Origin: Octopus sinensis | Lineage: Eukaryota | Reading direction: 5' to 3' | Length of the DNA: 64,000 nucleotides | Assembly: GCF_006345805.1 (NCBI RefSeq) | Contig: NW_021832280.1 | Location: 51,890 to 115,889, forward strand | In this document: piece by piece, positions 62,501-64,000 of the stretch | How the letters are laid out: each line of letters starts with the position of its first letter | How positions within the stretch are numbered: position 1 is the first letter of the stretch | Made by a program: the position numbers and the translations under genes | Notes under the pieces: model-generated | Databases searched by the model: none | The model's input: only the letters and a program-made list of their open reading frames with translations | What the model was told of the DNA's origin: nothing

Positions 62501-64000
62501 CTTTCTATCATAATTCTTCATTTTAAGTATACTTCTCTATCATAATTCTTTATTTTAAGTCTCTTTCTATCATAGTTCTATATTATTTAAGTATTCATTC
62601 TAAATTAATTCTTTATTTTAAGTCACTTCTATCATAATTCTTTAATTTAAGTTCTTTCTATCATAATTCTTATTTTAAGTATTCTTTCTATCATAATTCT
62701 TTACTTTAAGTATTCATTATGTCTAAATCTTATTTTAAGTTCATTCTATCATATTCTTATTTTAAGTATTCTTTCTATCATAATTCTTATTTTAAGTATA
62801 CTTCTATCATAATTCTTATTTTAAGTATTTTTCTATAATAATTCTTATTTTAAGTATTAATTCTATCATATTCTTTATTTTAAGTATTCTTTCTATCATA
62901 ATTCTTTATTTAAGTATTCATTCTATCATAATTCTTTATTTTAAGTATTCATTCTATCATAATTCTTTACTTTAAGTATTCTTTCTATCATAATTCTTTG
63001 CTTTAAGTATTCATTCTATCATAATCTTTATTTAAGTATTCATTCTATCATAATTCTTTATTCAGTATTCATTCTATCATAATTCTTTATTTTAAGATCT
63101 TTCATCATATCTTTATTTAAGTATACTCTATCATCTATTCTTTTTATTTTAAGTATTTCTATCATTAATTCTTATTTTAAGTATTAATTCTATCATCATT
63201 CTTTATTTTAAGTATTTTTCTATAATAATTCTTTATTTAAGTATTCATTCTATCTTCATAATTCTTTATTTTAAGTATTTTCTATCATAATTCTTAGTTT
63301 AAGTTATACTTTCTATCATAATTCTTATGGTTTAAGTATTCTTCTATCATAATTCTTTATTTAAGTATCATTCTATAATAATTCTTTACTTTAAGTATTC
63401 ATAGATCATAAATCTTTTATAAGTATTCATTCTATCAGCATTCTTTATTTAAGTATTCTTTCTATCAATAATTCTTTCATTTAAGTATTCTTCTATACAT
63501 AATTCTTTATTTAAGTATTCTTCTATCATAATTCTTTATTTAATATTATTCTATCATAATTTATTTAAGTATTATTGCTAGTTATAATTCTTTATTTTAA
63601 GTATTCATTCTATCATAATTCTTGATTTAAGTATTCATTCTATCATAATTCTTAGTTTAAGTCTTCTTTCTATCATTATTCTTTATTTAAGTATTCATTC
63701 TAGGTATAATTATTAATTTAAATCAGTATTTTCATCATAATTCTTTACTTTAAGTATTCTTTCTATCTCATACTTCTTTACTTTAAGTATTTCATTTATC
63801 ATAATTCTTATTTTAAGTATTCATTATATCATAATCTTTACATTTTAAGTATTCTTTCTATCATAATTCTTTCTTAAGTATTCTTCTATCATAATTCTTA
63901 CTTTAAGTATTCTTTCTATAATAATTCTTTTTTTTAAGTATTCATTCTATCATAATTCTTTACTTTAAGTATTCTTTCTATCATAATTCTTTAATTTAAA
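47535..64000. repeat. Satellite DNA, 31-bp monomer TATCATAATTCTTTATTTTAAGTATTCTTTC, about 530 copies, running off the window
   Basis: Uninterrupted tandem array at about 84% AT. Common variants are TTCTTTC/TTCATTC/TACTTTC and TATTTT/TACTTT. Monomers at the left edge are degenerate. Confidence 0.98.

Noticed and set aside
47535-64000. CRISPR-like array, or a coded message in the variant monomers
   Set aside because: There are no unique spacers and no cas genes, and the context is eukaryotic. The variants are explained by satellite turnover.
62300-64000. Rising indel density suggesting a diverged satellite domain
   Set aside because: Mostly single-base homopolymer losses that increase toward the end. 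This is more consistent with low-coverage long-read consensus error.

Overview
Eukaryotic, repeat-dominated animal DNA. The repeat repertoire (RTE LINEs with (GAT)n tails, Dong/R4 LINEs in (TAA)n, tRNA-derived SINEs, abundant microsatellites) points to an octopus/coleoid cephalopod; this is an inference. The only host gene I can support is the 3' part of a + strand PARP14/15-like mono-ADP-ribosyltransferase. Its four GT-AG exons (15205-15574, 28852-28985, 29670-29847, 34469-34734) splice in frame to 315 aa plus stop, covering a KH-like segment, a WWE domain and an ART domain with an H-Y-I triad. Its introns and flanks are filled with decayed Dong/R4, RTE, CR1 and Penelope retroelements, Helitrons, mariner and hAT MITEs, SINEs and a solo LTR. 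From about 47535 to the end lies a 16.5-kb, 31-bp AT-rich satellite with nested higher-order periodicity. The most notable observations are four. First, minimal hammerhead-ribozyme motifs occur in non-coding Penelope-type elements: one near-intact at 23754-23796 and several decayed. Second, a near-identical 1.1-kb inverted LINE pair brackets the PARP catalytic exons, and its identity drops sharply at a solo-LTR insertion site. Third, a head-to-head RTE pair inside one PARP intron could fold into long dsRNA. Fourth, the satellite shows ~8.3-8.5 kb and ~2.5 kb higher-order repeats. TE boundaries are approximate unless a TSD or TIR is given. Identities were estimated by eye and no searches were run.
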